Positions 1 through 16,400 of a stretch of 64,000 nucleotides of DNA are shown piece by piece. The notes beneath the pieces are model-generated. The model had not been told where the DNA came from and did no database searches. It was given only the letters and a program-made list of their open reading frames with translations. Each line of letters starts with the position of its first letter. Position 1 is the first letter of the stretch. Origin of the DNA: Vicinamibacteria bacterium (GTDB lineage Bacteria; Acidobacteriota; Vicinamibacteria; Marinacidobacterales; Marinacidobacteraceae). The translations under genes and the position numbers were made by a program. The stretch is from contig OY821641.1 in NCBI GenBank assembly GCA_963555995.3, forward strand, positions 1,344,001 through 1,408,000, written 5' to 3'.

Positions 1-100
1 GGCGCCGCCTTCGCTGGTCGCGGAGGGGATGCGGGTGAGGGTTGCGGAGAGCGGTGCGACCCGGCCGGTCGGAGATGAGCCCCCGGGCGCGAATCCTTAG
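1..100 (+). CDS. 3' end of upstream gene, probably RND periplasmic adaptor (membrane fusion protein), partial
   Basis: Frame 2 reads APPSLVAEGMRVRV...GANP* to TAG at 98-100. 'EGMRVRV' resembles MFP C-termini and the ORF lies directly upstream of an RND permease. Confidence 0.4.
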   Translation, partial: APPSLVAEGMRVRVAESGATRPVGDEPPGANP

Positions 101-3100
101 GTCCGACCTCCGCTTGTCTCCCGCGTCTGCCGCCGACGAGGTTCGGTCCACCGGGCTGATTGCCTGGTTCGTCCGGAACCGGGTCGCCGCGAACCTCGTC
201 TTCTTCGGCGTTGCGCTGGGCGGCTACCTGGCCCTCGGCGGGATTCCGCGCGAACAACTTCCGAGGACCTCCTCGCCCGCGGTCGTGGTGCGCGTGGCGT
301 TCCCCGGGGCGGAGGCCGAGGTGGTCGAGTCCCGGGTGCTGCTCCCCCTCGAGGAAGCGCTGCGGGGTATCGAGGGCGTGCGGGAGATGACCGGGCTCGC
401 GACGGACGATGCGGGAGTGCTTTCGCTGGTCCTCGAGGCAGGAGCCGACATTCGCCGGATCGGAGACATCGTGCGCGAACGGGTGGGATCCCTCGCCTCG
501 CTTCCAGGCGCGGCGGAAGATCCCGTGGTCTCCGAGATCGTCCGACACCGCGAAATCTTCCGCATCGCCGTGCATGGAGCGGTGAGCGAGCGGGATTTGC
601 ACCGGGCGGCCCGGCTCGTCCACGACGCCGTGGCAGCAGTACCCGGGGTGGCCGCCGTGGAGCGGCTCACGGGGTGGGATCAGGAACTGACCATCGAGAT
701 CCCCACCCAGAACCTGACCCGGTTCGGGTTGACCTTCGACGGCGTAGCGCACGCCGTCCGGCTGGGCTCCGCGGACATTCCCGCGGGCGCCGTGCGTAGC
801 GGTGCCCGCGAACTCAGACTGCGCACCGAGGGGGCCGCGACGACGGCCGACGATTTTGGGCGCATCCCGGTCATCACGGCGCCGGAGGGCGACGTGGTGC
901 GTCTGGCGGACATTGCCATGGTCACCGACGGTTTCGCGGCGTCGGATCGGGATGCCTGGATGAACGGCGAGCCCGCGCTGTTCCTCGGCGTTCTGCTGCG
1001 AGACGGGGGGCGGTTGGCGGACACGACGGCGAGCGCCCGGGAGGCCATCCGGGCGATACGGCTCCCTGACGGGGTCCGGGCCACGCCCTGGTACTTCGCC
1101 TCCGAGGATTTTGAGGGTCGCGTTGACCTCATGGTCCGGAATGGACTGGCGGGTCTGGGACTTATCTTCCTGGTGCTCTTCTTCACGCTTTCCACCCGGC
1201 TCGCGGTCTGGACCGCTGCGGGACTGCCGTTCACGTTCTTCGGCGCCTTCCTGCTGATGCCGGGGCTCGGGATCACCGTCAACCTGATGAGCATGTTCGG
1301 GTTCATCGTGGCCCTTGGCATCGTCGTGGACGATGCGATCGTGGTGGGCGAGAACGTCCAGCGACGGATGGATCGTGGGGGGGAGAGCCGGGAGGAATCC
1401 GCGATTCGGGGCACCCGGAGGGTGCTCTTTCCGGCGGCCTTCGGCGTGCTGACCACGATGGCCGCCTTCGCCCCACTCCTCGGGATCCCGGGTGTGTACG
1501 GCGAACTCATCGGCGATGTGCCGCGGATGGTGATTCCGATCCTGGCGTTCTCGCTGATCGAGGCCGCCTGGATCCTGCCGCATCACCTGGCGCGCGGCGG
1601 CCTGTCCGTGCGTCCGAGCCGCCGCCTGGCGCGAATCCGAGGCAGGATCCAGTCAGGTTTCGACTGGACGGTGGAGACGGTTTACCGGCCCGCGCTCCGG
1701 TGGGCGCTCGACAATCGGCTGGCGACTCTGGCGCTCGGAGTCTTCGCTCTCAGTCTCGCGTTCGGGCTCACCGCCGGGGGTTTTGTGCAGGTGGTCACGA
1801 ATTCGCCGATGGACAACAACATCGCGCACGTCCAGATCACCCTGCCGCACGACGCGACTTCGGACACCACCCGCGCGGTGGTCGCTTCCCTCGATGCCGT
1901 GGTGGATGAAGTGCGCGAGGCGATTCGCGCTGAATCGGGAGTAGACGTCGAGCGTCACCGGGTCGTTCTGGTGGGACAGCGAATTCCGATCGGGGTGGGG
2001 GAGTCCTTCGGCGGACAACCCGCGGAGGTGGGCGCGACCGTCGGTCAGATCGTCTGGCGGCTCAGTCCTCAGGAGGACCGCGCGGGAATCCCTACGCGCG
2101 CCGTCGCGGACCGGGTCCGGGACCGGATTCGGTCGGAACCGGTGGACGCCCGGGTGTCCGTGATCAGCGATGCGTTCGGTCAGGCGGCGGATGTGTCGTT
2201 CCGGATTCGAGGTCCCGACTTCGAAGGCTTGCTGGCGGCCTCCGAGGCCCTCCAGACCGGGCTCCGAGAGCTTCCGGGAGTCACGTCCGTGTACGACGAC
2301 TTCGAGGGCGCCGCTCCAGGTCTGGTGGCTCGGGTCCGCCCCGGGGAGTCGGGCGCCGGGTTCAGCGCGGCCGCCGTGGGCCGCCAGCTCCGCCAGGTGT
2401 TCCACGGCGAGGAGGTCGCGCGCCTGCAGCGCGGCCGCGACGAGATTCGCGTGGTGCTGCGCGGTCCGCGCGCCGACTCGGGCGGGGCGCTGGGGGTCGC
2501 CGGGATGCTCGTGCGCGGCTCCGATGGGCGGGTGACCCCCTTGGGTGAGATTGCCGAGGTCTCCGCCGCCGCGGGACAGGCGGTCATTCGCCGGGTGGAC
2601 TCATTGCGGGCGGTCGCCGTCCTGGCCAGCGTGGACGGGCGGGTAACGACTCCGGATGCCGTCATCGCTACTGTCCGTGATCAAGTGCTGCCCGGGCTCC
2701 GCGAGCGCTTCCCGGGACACGACTTCGCGGTCGCGGGGCTGGCGGGTGAGACGGAGGAAAGCCAGGCGGCCCTGGCGCGCAGCGGGCTGCTCGCCGTGCT
2801 GCTCATCTTCGTCCTGCTCGCGATCCCGCTGGGTTCGTGGACCCAGCCCCTCCTCATCCTGGCCGCGATCCCGTTCGGACTCGCCGGGGCCGTGTACGGG
2901 CATCTCATCATGGGCATCAATCTCGATTCGATGAGCCTCTTCGGGTTGGTGCCGCTCATCGGGATCGTGGTGAACGATGCGCTGGTGATGCTCGACTTCA
3001 TGAACCGGCGCCAGGCGCGGGGGCTTCCGGCCCGGGAGGCGGCGCTTCAGTCCGGGCCGGCCCGCTTCCGGGCCGTGATCCTCACCTCGGTGACCACCTG

Positions 3101-3275
3101 CGCCGGGGTAACCCCGCTCCTGGCGGAGCGCAGCTACCAGGCCGCGCTGCTGATCCCGATGGCGGTCTCGCTGGCCTTCGGAGTCGCCTTCGCCACCCTG
3201 GTCACGCTCTTCGTGGTGCCCGTCCTCTACAGCCTCGCGAACGACCTGACGACCCTGCTCTCAGGCCGCCGCTAG
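75..3275 (+). CDS. RND efflux transporter permease (AcrB/AcrD/AcrF family)
   Basis: About 1066 aa. IAWFVRNRVAAN N-terminus, ALGIVVDDAIVVGENV proton-relay motif, GIVVNDA and RFRAVILTSVTT motifs. Start chosen at ATG 75 (ORF track uses 42). Confidence 0.93.
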   Translation: MSPRARILRSDLRLSPASAADEVRSTGLIAWFVRNRVAANLVFFGVALGGYLALGGIPREQLPRTSSPAVVVRVAFPGAEAEVVESRVLLPLEEALRGIEGVREMTGLATDDAGVLSLVLEAGADIRRIGDIVRERVGSLASLPGAAEDPVVSEIVRHREIFRIAVHGAVSERDLHRAARLVHDAVAAVPGVAAVERLTGWDQELTIEIPTQNLTRFGLTFDGVAHAVRLGSADIPAGAVRSGARELRLRTEGAATTADDFGRIPVITAPEGDVVRLADIAMVTDGFAASDRDAWMNGEPALFLGVLLRDGGRLADTTASAREAIRAIRLPDGVRATPWYFASEDFEGRVDLMVRNGLAGLGLIFLVLFFTLSTRLAVWTAAGLPFTFFGAFLLMPGLGITVNLMSMFGFIVALGIVVDDAIVVGENVQRRMDRGGESREESAIRGTRRVLFPAAFGVLTTMAAFAPLLGIPGVYGELIGDVPRMVIPILAFSLIEAAWILPHHLARGGLSVRPSRRLARIRGRIQSGFDWTVETVYRPALRWALDNRLATLALGVFALSLAFGLTAGGFVQVVTNSPMDNNIAHVQITLPHDATSDTTRAVVASLDAVVDEVREAIRAESGVDVERHRVVLVGQRIPIGVGESFGGQPAEVGATVGQIVWRLSPQEDRAGIPTRAVADRVRDRIRSEPVDARVSVISDAFGQAADVSFRIRGPDFEGLLAASEALQTGLRELPGVTSVYDDFEGAAPGLVARVRPGESGAGFSAAAVGRQLRQVFHGEEVARLQRGRDEIRVVLRGPRADSGGALGVAGMLVRGSDGRVTPLGEIAEVSAAAGQAVIRRVDSLRAVAVLASVDGRVTTPDAVIATVRDQVLPGLRERFPGHDFAVAGLAGETEESQAALARSGLLAVLLIFVLLAIPLGSWTQPLLILAAIPFGLAGAVYGHLIMGINLDSMSLFGLVPLIGIVVNDALVMLDFMNRRQARGLPAREAALQSGPARFRAVILTSVTTCAGVTPLLAERSYQAALLIPMAVSLAFGVAFATLVTLFVVPVLYSLANDLTTLLSGRR

Positions 3276-3295
3276 CAAGAACGGCGGAAACGGCC

Positions 3296-3453
3296 TGGAA
3301 CGCCGGCTTCAGCCGGCACCGCGGGCCGAAGGCCCGCGGATGTCGTGCCGCTATTCGCAGTAATGGACCGCGAGCTGGGGGCCATCGCGCGGGACAGCGT
3401 CGTGCAGTCCGCTGCGCTTCGCGCAGCGGGTGCCGGCTGAAGCCGGCGCTCCA
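3296..3453. repeat. REP-bounded MITE-like element, copy 1 (158 bp)
   Basis: 24-bp terminal inverted repeats TGGAACGCCGGCTTCAGCCGGCAC / GTGCCGGCTGAAGCCGGCGCTCCA (1 mismatch). Internal hairpins are shared with 28719-28878 and 61543-61705. Lies between convergent genes. Confidence 0.85.
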
Positions 3454-3505
3454 AGCCGGCGGCGCGATCACGGTTGCTGGCGGGGCGCTTGCGGAGCGGG
3501 GCGCG

Positions 3506-4776
3506 TCAGTAGAGCGCCGCGGGGCCGGAAGGGGTGGCGTCGAGGAGATGGGTGCCCTGCGGGGTAGCGATTCCCCGAGGGAGGTAGTACCGCTCGGTCA
3601 GTTGCGCCCCGATGGCCGCTGTCCGGCCCGGCGGCGCGAGGATCACGACCGAGCCCCCGAGTCCGGCGCCGGTGAGCCGGGCGCCGAGCGCGCCTGCCTC
3701 CCGCGCCGCCTCGACGAGTTCGTCGAGGTCCGGGGTGCTCACCTCATAGTCGCGTCGCAGGCTCTCGTGGGAGGCGTCCAGCGATTCGCCGAATGCGGTG
3801 GCGTCGCCGTCTTCGAGGTGCTCCGCGGCGGCGGCGGTGCGCCCCGCTTCCGTGACCACGTGGCGGAACCGTCCGGCCAGCGGCGCCGGCAGCCGGTCTG
3901 CCGCCGCGAGAAGTTCGCCAGCCGGGTGGTTGGCGCCGAGCGCCGGATAGCTGTCGGCGTGGGGCAGGAACTTCCGCGCGAGGCGAAGCGCCTCCCGCGT
4001 CTGCCGGACGCGTTCGTCGAAGATCACCCCGGCGGGGCCTCCCTTGTCGGCGCGCTCGCCGCTGTACGCGACCAGGAAGCGGAAGCGGTCGGAGTCCACC
4101 GGGACCGGTGTCCACCGCGCCGGCTCGAAGGCGATGTGGAGCGCGTGTCCGGGGACGGCGCCGAGGCAGATGGACTGGTCCATCGCGCCGCCCTGGATGG
4201 CGACGCCGTGTTCCGCCTCGGCGAGATCGAGAGCCAGACGCATCGCTTTCTCACGTGACAGCCCCGCGCCGGGCACAAGGCGACCGCGGACCGAGAGGAG
4301 CGCCAGGGCTCCCGCGATCACCACCGCCGATGAAGACGAAAGACCGGCGGCGACGGGAAGGTCGGTGGCGATCGCCCCGTCGAACCCGATGCGGGACGCC
4401 GGCGACCAGCGGCCCGCATCGAGTGCGGCCGCGGCGGCGGCCAGATAACGTTCGAATCCCGCCGGCGCCGGCGACTCGCCGATGGTGAAACCGGCTTCGT
4501 CGAATCCCGGTGCGGTCGTCCGGCACCGGACCCGCTTGTCCCGACGCGCCGCGAAGGCCAGCGCGACGCCGTGGGACAGGGCGGCCGGAAGGACGGGAAG
4601 GCCGCAGTAGTCCACGTGCTCCCCGATGAGGTTCACGCGCCCGGGAGCGAAGGCGACGCCTTCGGGAGCGCGACCGAAACGTTCGCGGAAGGCGCGCCGC
4701 GCGGCGTCCGCGGGAGGCGGTTCCGCCGCGCCGGCGTCCGTCCGGGAACGGCTCTGCGGCCCGGGTGCTGCGGCGC

Positions 4777-4780
<4 letters not shown>
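3506..4780 (-). CDS. galK: Galactokinase (GHMP kinase family)
   Basis: APGRVNLIGEHVDY galactokinase signature, PVAAGLSSS ATP loop, GARLTGAGLGG motif. Confidence 0.88.
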
Positions 4781-9039
<4,259 letters not shown>

Positions 9040-9124
9040 TGTAATGCGGAACGGCGGGGCGGAATAATCCCGTCATGGACCGCGACCCGCGGGTGGCCGC
9101 CCACCCGTCCGAAGGAGGATCGCG

Positions 9125-10384
9125 GTGACCGCTCCCGCCGCGGGGTTGCTCACCCGCGAGGACGTCCTCGAACGGGACCGGACCGACCCGCTGGCCTCCT
9201 TCCGGGACCGGTTCGAGCTCCCCGAGGGGGTGATCTACCTCGACGGGAACTCGCTCGGACCCCCGTCCGCGGGAATGCGCCCGCGGATCGAGTCGCTGCT
9301 CGCCGACGAGTGGGGCCGTGATCTCGTCGCGTCGTGGAACCGTCACGGCTGGTTCCGGCTGCCCGAGCGGGTGGGGGCGCGGATCGCGCCGCTGCTCGGC
9401 GCCGGCGAGGACGAGGTGATCGCCGCCGACTCGGTGTCCCTCAACCTCTTCAAGCTGCTGGCCTCCCTGCTGCGGCGTCCGGGCTCGCGGCGGGTAGTGC
9501 TGGCCGAAGAGACCAACTTCCCCACCGACCTCTACATGGCCGAGGGGCTCGTGGGTCTGCTCCGGGAGAGCGGCGCGGAGCTTCGGGTCGTGCCCTCGGA
9601 CGATTTCGAGGCCGCGCTCGGACCCGAGGTGGCCGTCGCGACGCTGACCCAGGTGGACTTCCGGACCGGCCGGAAACACGACCTCCGGTGGCTCACCGCG
9701 GCGGCGCGGGACGCGGGGGTTCCCATCGTCTGGGACCTGAGCCACAGCGCCGGGGCCTTCCCGCTGCACCTGAACGACGACGGGGTCGAGTTCGCGGTCG
9801 GCTGCGGCTACAAGTATCTGAACGGCGGTCCCGGGGCGCCGGGCTTTCTGTACGTGGCGCGCCGTGTCCAGCAGTCCCTCGACACGCCGCTGTCGGGGTG
9901 GATGGGGCACTGCAGCCCCTTCGAATTCGAAACGCGCTACCGGCCGGCGGCGGGGGTACGGCGGTTTCTGAGCGGGACCCCGGGAATCCTCTCGATGATC
10001 GCGCTCGAAGAGGGTCTTCGGACCTTCGACCGGGTGGACATGGCGGAGCTTCAGGCGAAGAGCGAGGCACTGGGCGACCTCTTTCTCCGTCTCGCCGACG
10101 AGCGGCTCGCGGAACTCGGCGTCGAGCCCGCGAGCCCCCGGAATGCCGGAGAGCGGGGAAGCCAGGTCTCGCTGCGGCACGCCGCGGGGTACCGGGTGAT
10201 GCAGGCCCTGATCGCGCGCGGCGTCGTCGGGGACTTCCGGGACCCGGACCTCCTCCGGTTCGGCTTCGCCCCTCTCTACGTGCGGTACGTGGACATTTGG
10301 GACGCAGTGGATGCGCTCCGCGAGGTCCTGATCCGCGCGGAGTACCAGACCGCCCGGTTCGGGCAGCGGCAGCCGGTGACCTGA
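9125..10384 (+). CDS. kynU: Kynureninase (PLP-dependent)
   Basis: GVIYLDGNSLG, FPTDLY, WDLSHSAG and GCGYKYLNGGPG motifs. GAAGGAGG RBS precedes the GTG start. Confidence 0.93.
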   Translation: MTAPAAGLLTREDVLERDRTDPLASFRDRFELPEGVIYLDGNSLGPPSAGMRPRIESLLADEWGRDLVASWNRHGWFRLPERVGARIAPLLGAGEDEVIAADSVSLNLFKLLASLLRRPGSRRVVLAEETNFPTDLYMAEGLVGLLRESGAELRVVPSDDFEAALGPEVAVATLTQVDFRTGRKHDLRWLTAAARDAGVPIVWDLSHSAGAFPLHLNDDGVEFAVGCGYKYLNGGPGAPGFLYVARRVQQSLDTPLSGWMGHCSPFEFETRYRPAAGVRRFLSGTPGILSMIALEEGLRTFDRVDMAELQAKSEALGDLFLRLADERLAELGVEPASPRNAGERGSQVSLRHAAGYRVMQALIARGVVGDFRDPDLLRFGFAPLYVRYVDIWDAVDALREVLIRAEYQTARFGQRQPVT

Positions 10385-10436
10385 CTGCGCCCGGCGCAAC
10401 GCAACCCAACGCACCCTCGCGTATCGCCGGGAACAC

Positions 10437-10442
10437 TAGAAT
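10437..10442 (+). promoter_or_regulatory. Putative -10 element (TAGAAT) for a leaderless PKS transcript
   Basis: TAGAAT ends 7 nt before ATG 10450 with no SD sequence in between. No clear -35 element. Confidence 0.4.
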
Positions 10443-10449
10443 GCCTCCC

Positions 10450-13400
10450 ATGGGTGATCTTCGTGCGGGTGCCGGGACAACGGAGGGACCAGTGGCGGCG
10501 TTCCCCGTAGCCATCGTGGGGTACAGCCACCGCCTGCCCGGCGGACTCCGCACCGACGAGGATTTCTGGCGCCTGCTCTGCGAGCGCGAGATCGTGCAGG
10601 AGCCGATCACGGACCGCTACGGTCGGGGCTATCGGCCCATCGGTGAGTTCTCCGGCCCCGGCCGGTTCGCGAGCCCCTGGGAGGGGCTCATCCGCGACGA
10701 CGGGGAGAAACTCTTCGACCGCAGTCTCTTCGGTCTGTCCCAGAACGAAACGCTGGTGATGGACCCGCAGATGAGGATGCTGCTGACCTGCGCCTGGGAG
10801 ACCTTCGAGCGCGCGGGCTGGGACCTCCATTCGCTGCGCAACAGTGCGACCGGTGTCTTCATCGGCGCCCAGACCCCGCCGGTGGCGAACTGGCGGCCCC
10901 TGCGCGGCGCCACCCCGTTCGACGTAACCGGGCTCAGCCTGGCCATGCTGGCCAATCGCGTTTCCTATCACTTCAACCTCACGGGGCCGTCCACCACCTA
11001 CTGCACGGCCTGTTCGGCGAGCCTGACCGCCCTCCACGCGGCGATGAACGCGCTCCGCTGCGGCGACTGCGACCAGGCCGTCGTCGGTTCCGTCAACTAC
11101 CTCGGCACCAACCGGCTCAGCGTGTGTTTCAACGCGCTCGGCGTCATCAGTCCAGACGGCAAGTGCCACTCCTTCGACGCGGAAGCGAACGGCTACCTGC
11201 GGTCCGAGGGCGCGTTCGCCTATGCGATCAAGCCGCTGCCGGCGGCCGAGCGCGACGGGGACCGCATCTGCGCCGTGATCGAGGCCACCGCGGTGAACGC
11301 GGCGGGCGCCGCCGACGACAGCGTCGGCCTCGCCCAGGGCCGGTACATCACCGCGCCCACGCGGCACGCGCAGGTGCAGCTCATGGAGCAGGCCGCCGCC
11401 CGGGCGGGCCGCGGCCCCGAGGACTTCGACTACATCGAGGCCCACGCGACCGGCACCGTCGTGGGCGACCGGATCGAGGGAAACGCCATCGCGACGGCCT
11501 TCGGGGGTGTCCCCCGCGACGTTCCCCTGCGGATTTCGAGCGTCAAGAGCAACGTCGGCCACATGGAGGCCGCCGCGTTCCACTGCGCCCTGCTCAAGGT
11601 CCTGCTGATGCTGGAGCGCCGCGTCTTCGCGCCGACTTCGAGGAACTTCCTGGTTCCGAATCCGGAGATTGACTTCGAGAGCTGTCCCATGCAGGTGCAG
11701 ACCGCCAGCGAACCGTTCCCCGAGCGCCCGGTGGTGATCGGGATCAACTCGTTCGGCTTCGGCGGCGCCAACGGCCACTGCGTGGTGCGGGAATACCGCC
11801 CGCCCCGGCCGTCCGTCCGCTCGGTGGCGCTGGCGCCGGAGGCCGGATTCATGATTCCGCTTTCGGCTCGTTCCCCTGCGGCCCTGGTCCAGAGCGCGGA
11901 GCGCCTGCGGGACACGCTGGGCGAGCGGGACGTGGACCTCTACACGCTGGCGGGCAATCTCGGCCGGCGGCGCACCCACTTCGCCACCCGCACGGCCTTC
12001 GCGGCGGACACTCGGGAGGACCTGATTGCGGCGCTGGATGCGTTCGTCCGGGACCCGGCGCCGGTGGCCAACGTGGAGGAAGGCGAGCGGCGCCTGGCGA
12101 TGGTGTTCTCCGGTCAGGGCACGCAGTGGGCGGGATGCGGCCGCGAGCTCTACGACACCGAGCCCGTCTTCCGGCGCGCCGTGGACGGCATCGAGGCGCA
12201 CTGGCGGGAGCACTCGGACATCTCGCTGCGCGACGCCGCCTTCTCCGCCCCGCAGGCGGCGCTCGACGAAGTCAGCCTGGCCCAGCCGGTCATCTTCATG
12301 ATCCAGTGCGCGCTGGTCGAGTTGCTCAAGACCTGGGGCGTCTATCCGGACTGCGTGGTGGGGCACAGCTCCGGCGAGGTCGCCGCCGCAACCGCATCCG
12401 GGGTCCTGTCCCTCGCGGAAGCGACCCGGCTGGTGTACCACCGCGCCACCGAGCAGCAGCCGACGGCCGGATCGGGGCGCATGCTGGCCATCGGCCTCGA
12501 CCGGCCGGGGGTGGAGGAACTGCTCCACTCGCTGGACGTCCGGTTCGGGGACGGCGGGGACGAGCGGCCGGCGCAGGTCGAGATCGCCTGCGAGAACTCG
12601 CCCGCCAACACCGTCGTCTGCGGAAAGGAGGCCGCCCTGCGGCCGGTCATGGCGGAGCTCGACCGCCGCCGGCTGCAGCATGCGCTGCTGCCCGGAAACA
12701 TCGCGTTCCACTCCACCGCCATGGACCCGATCCGGGAGCGCGCGCTCCGAGCCCTGTCGTTCCTGGATGCGTGCGGGTCGGATCCCGACGCGCCGTTCGT
12801 CTCCTCGGTCACCGGCGCGGTCACGACGAAGCTGGACAGCGCCTACTGGTGGTCGAACATCCGCCAGCCGGTGCGGTTCGCGGCGGCGATGGAGACCGTC
12901 CAGCGCGAGTTCCGCCCCGCTGCGGTGCTGGAAATCGCCCCGCACTGCGCCCTGCAGCCGACCATCGCGCAATGCCTCGAGGGCTCCCCCCGGGAGCCGG
13001 CCTGCCTTCCCACCCTGATGCGCGACACCGACGTCCGCCTCGGCTTTCGGCGGACCCTGGGGTCCCTGTTCCGTATCGGCGTCGCGCTCGACTTCGAGTC
13101 GCAGTTTCCGCGGCCCGAACCCATCAGCCACCTGCTGCCCGGGCACCCGAGGGAAGAGGAGGCGGCGATGGACATCATGTGCGACAACGAGATGTTTGTC
13201 CGGCAGGGCGAGTACTCGCGCGGTCCGCTGGTGGGACACCGGGTTCCCGCGGAACATCCGCGCTTCGAGGCCCGGCTGTCGGACCAGGATTTCCCCTGGC
13301 TGACGGACCACCGGGTCCACCACGCGGCGATCATGCCGGCGGCCGGCTACATCGAGCTGGTCCTGGAGGCTCTCGGCGGCGCTTCCGTTCACTTCGAGGT

Positions 13401-16400
13401 ACTGGAATTCCTGCAGCCCTGTCCCGTCCCCAAGACGCCGGTGCGGCTGCAGACGGCCCTGCATCCGATCGCTTCGCTACCGGACGCGTTCACCTTCACG
13501 ATCTCTTCCCGGTCGTACGACGTGGATTCGCGGAGCGAACTGCATTGCCGCGGCAAGGTACGTCTGGTGGCCGAAGACCACCGCACGGGCGCGCCCGAAC
13601 GCCTCGGCGAAATTGACCGGACGCACTTCAAGCCCTCGTTCCTCGCCGACGACAAGAACTTCTACGAGCGCCTGGAAGCCGTCCTCAGCGAGACCTTCCA
13701 GTACGGCCCGTACTTCCGGACCATCCAGCGCGTTCTGGTGGACAAGGTCTCGCGGGCCTATCTGTTCGACGTGGAGATGGACGGCGGCCTGTGGACGACG
13801 GGCCGCGAGGAGGGCTACGTCTCCTGTCCTCCGCTGTTCGACGGCGGTCTGCAGATATTCCTCTACCACCTGCTGACCGCCGCCGACCTCTTCGCCATCC
13901 CGCAGCGCGCGGAAGGCGTGACCTTCCTGCGGCCGCCGAGCGGTCCCCGCATCACCTGCCATGTCACTCCACCCCGCGACGACTGGATGGACGCGAACGA
14001 GCGGGGGCAGTACTCGGTGCGCCGCGGCGAGCGGTCCGGGGGAAGCATCAGCTTCTACGACGCCGAAACGGGCGACCTGGTCGCCCACATCGCCGATTAC
14101 ACCTATTTCACCTCCAATCCCCGCTGGAACGACCTGCCGAACAGCAAGCACCGGATCGTCTGGCAGCCGAAGTCGCTTCCCGCCGGTCCGGAGCTGGCCG
14201 GCCGCCTGCCCCCCGGCGAGATCGAGCCCGCCGCGTTGATCGCGGCGCTCGAGCGGCCGCCCGCGGGCGAGGGCCTCGCCGCTCACGTCGTCGAGCTGGC
14301 CGGCGACCGGGAGCCGGACCGCACCGCGCTCACTGGCTGCATCGACGTTCTGGCCGGCGTCCACAGCCGGAGCGAATACTGGCTGGTCACGGACAGCGAA
14401 GACGCGGCGCGCGCCTGCCACGACGCGTTCCACCAGCACGACGCCGCGCTCCGTTTCGCGAACATTGATCCGGCGGCGCGCCGGGAACCGGAGACCGGTC
14501 TGCTGCGCCGCGCGGCTGCCGAGATCGTCCTCCTGCACGGCGACGACGGGGCCCTGACGCCGGAGCGATGGGAGCTGGCCCGCCGATTGGCGGTGGCCGG
14601 CGGACTCGCCCTGGTCCGCCATGGGGAGGACAGCGCGGTCGAGCCCGGCGCCGGATGGACGATGTTGCGGGCGGGACGGCGTTCCACCCTGCTGCAGGCG
14701 CCGCCCGAGTACGCGGACGCGTCCGACGCCGGGGAACTTCCGGGCCCGCGATGGGTACTCGGTGAATCGGGAGGCTGGGCTCCCGACTGGGTGTCCCTGC
14801 TGGATCGGCCGGAATCGGTGTACCGGATCCCGGAGGCGGACTGGACCGGCGCCCGGCTGCATGCGATGCACGAGTGGCCGGAGGCGGTGGACCTGCAGGC
14901 GATCGACTTCTTTTGCGGCACGGACCCCGTGGACCCCACGGGCGAGAACCTGGCCGCCCGCTTCATCGCCTTCGTCCAGGCCCTGACGTCCCGGCGGATC
15001 GAGCACGGGGGCTCCCGGTGCCGCCTCACCGTGGTGACGCGGAGGGCCGCCCACGAGGTGGAGGATGCGCGGGGCGGCGTGCTCTGGGGCGCGGTCCGCA
15101 GCATGGCGTTCGAGGTCGGGGAAGAGGCCGGGATTGATTTCCGCCTCGTTGACCTGGGCGATTCCGGCGACCTGGAGACGCTCGCCTGGCTCGCCCGCTG
15201 CGACCTGCGCGAACGGGAACTGGCCGTGCGCGACGGGCGGCTGTGGGCGCCGCGGCTGGTCAGCATCCGCGAGCGGTATGCGTCCGTGCCACCCGGCGAG
15301 GCCTGTACCTACGGGCTGGTCCTCGACAATCCGGGACAGATCGCCGGCCTCCAGATGAAGACCCGCGAACTCCCGGCGCCGGGGCCCGAGGACGTGGAGA
15401 TCGAGGTGGCCGCGGCGGCGCTCAACTTCCGCGACGTCATGGTGACGCTGGGCCTGCTGCCGGCGCTGGCGTACGAACGCTCGGCGCTCGGGGAGGGGAT
15501 CGGCATGGAGGCCGGCGGGATCGTGCGTCGGGTCGGAGCCGACGTGCGGCAATACGGGGTCGGCGATGCGGTGGCCTTCATCGGGAGCGGCTCCATCGCC
15601 AACCGCGTGACGGTGCACCAGCACCTCGTCTTTCCCAAGCCGGGCCGTCTCACCATGGAGGAAGCCGCCTCGACGCTCTCGGTCTATGTGACCGCGTACT
15701 ACTCGCTCATTCACCTGGCCCGTCTCGGGAAGGGGCAGCGGGTGCTGATCCACTCGGCGATGGGCGGGGTCGGGCAGGCCGCCATCGCTCTGGCCCGGCA
15801 TGCGGGCGCGGAGATCTATGCCACCGCCGGCAGCGAGAGCAAGCGCGAACGATTGCTGGAGCTTGGGGTGCGCGCCGCTTTCGATTCCCACAGCTTCGAG
15901 TGGTACGACGGCCTGATGGCGGCAACCGGGGGGCGGGGCGTGGACGTGGTCCTGAATTCCCTCGCCGGGCACCACATCGAGCTCTGCCTCCAGGCCCTGC
16001 GGCCGGGCGGCTGGCACTGCGAGATCGGCAAGGTGGACATCTACGCGGACAACGAGCTCGGCCTGCGTATCTTCCGGAAGAACCTGCGCTTTGCGGCGAT
16101 TGATGTTGACCGCCTGATGCTCGACGATCCCAAGTTGGCGCGCGAGCTTTCCCGGACCTGCCTCGACCTGGTGGGTCGCGGGGACCTGCCGCCGTTGCCC
16201 GTCACGGTGTTCCCCTACGCGGACTACGCCACGGCGCTGCGCCGGATGACCGCCGGGCAGCACCAGGGAAAACTGGTTCTGAGGGCGCCCGAGGTTTCCG
16301 GGGACCCCGGATTCCCGATCGCCGACGTGCGGCCCCTGTTCGATCCCGAGGCGACCTACCTGGTGACCGGCGGGCTCGGCGGCTTCGGACTGCGGCTCCT

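Noticed and set aside
9125-10384. kynU supplying an anthranilate starter unit to the PKS
   Set aside because: No CoA ligase, adenylation or loading domain is present, and the PKS seems to have its own -10 element; the adjacency is probably incidental.
9334-10449. N-terminal ~370 aa of the 2734-aa PKS ORF
   Set aside because: Out-of-frame overlap with kynU giving Arg/Gly/Pro-rich nonsense; KS homology begins only near 10500.
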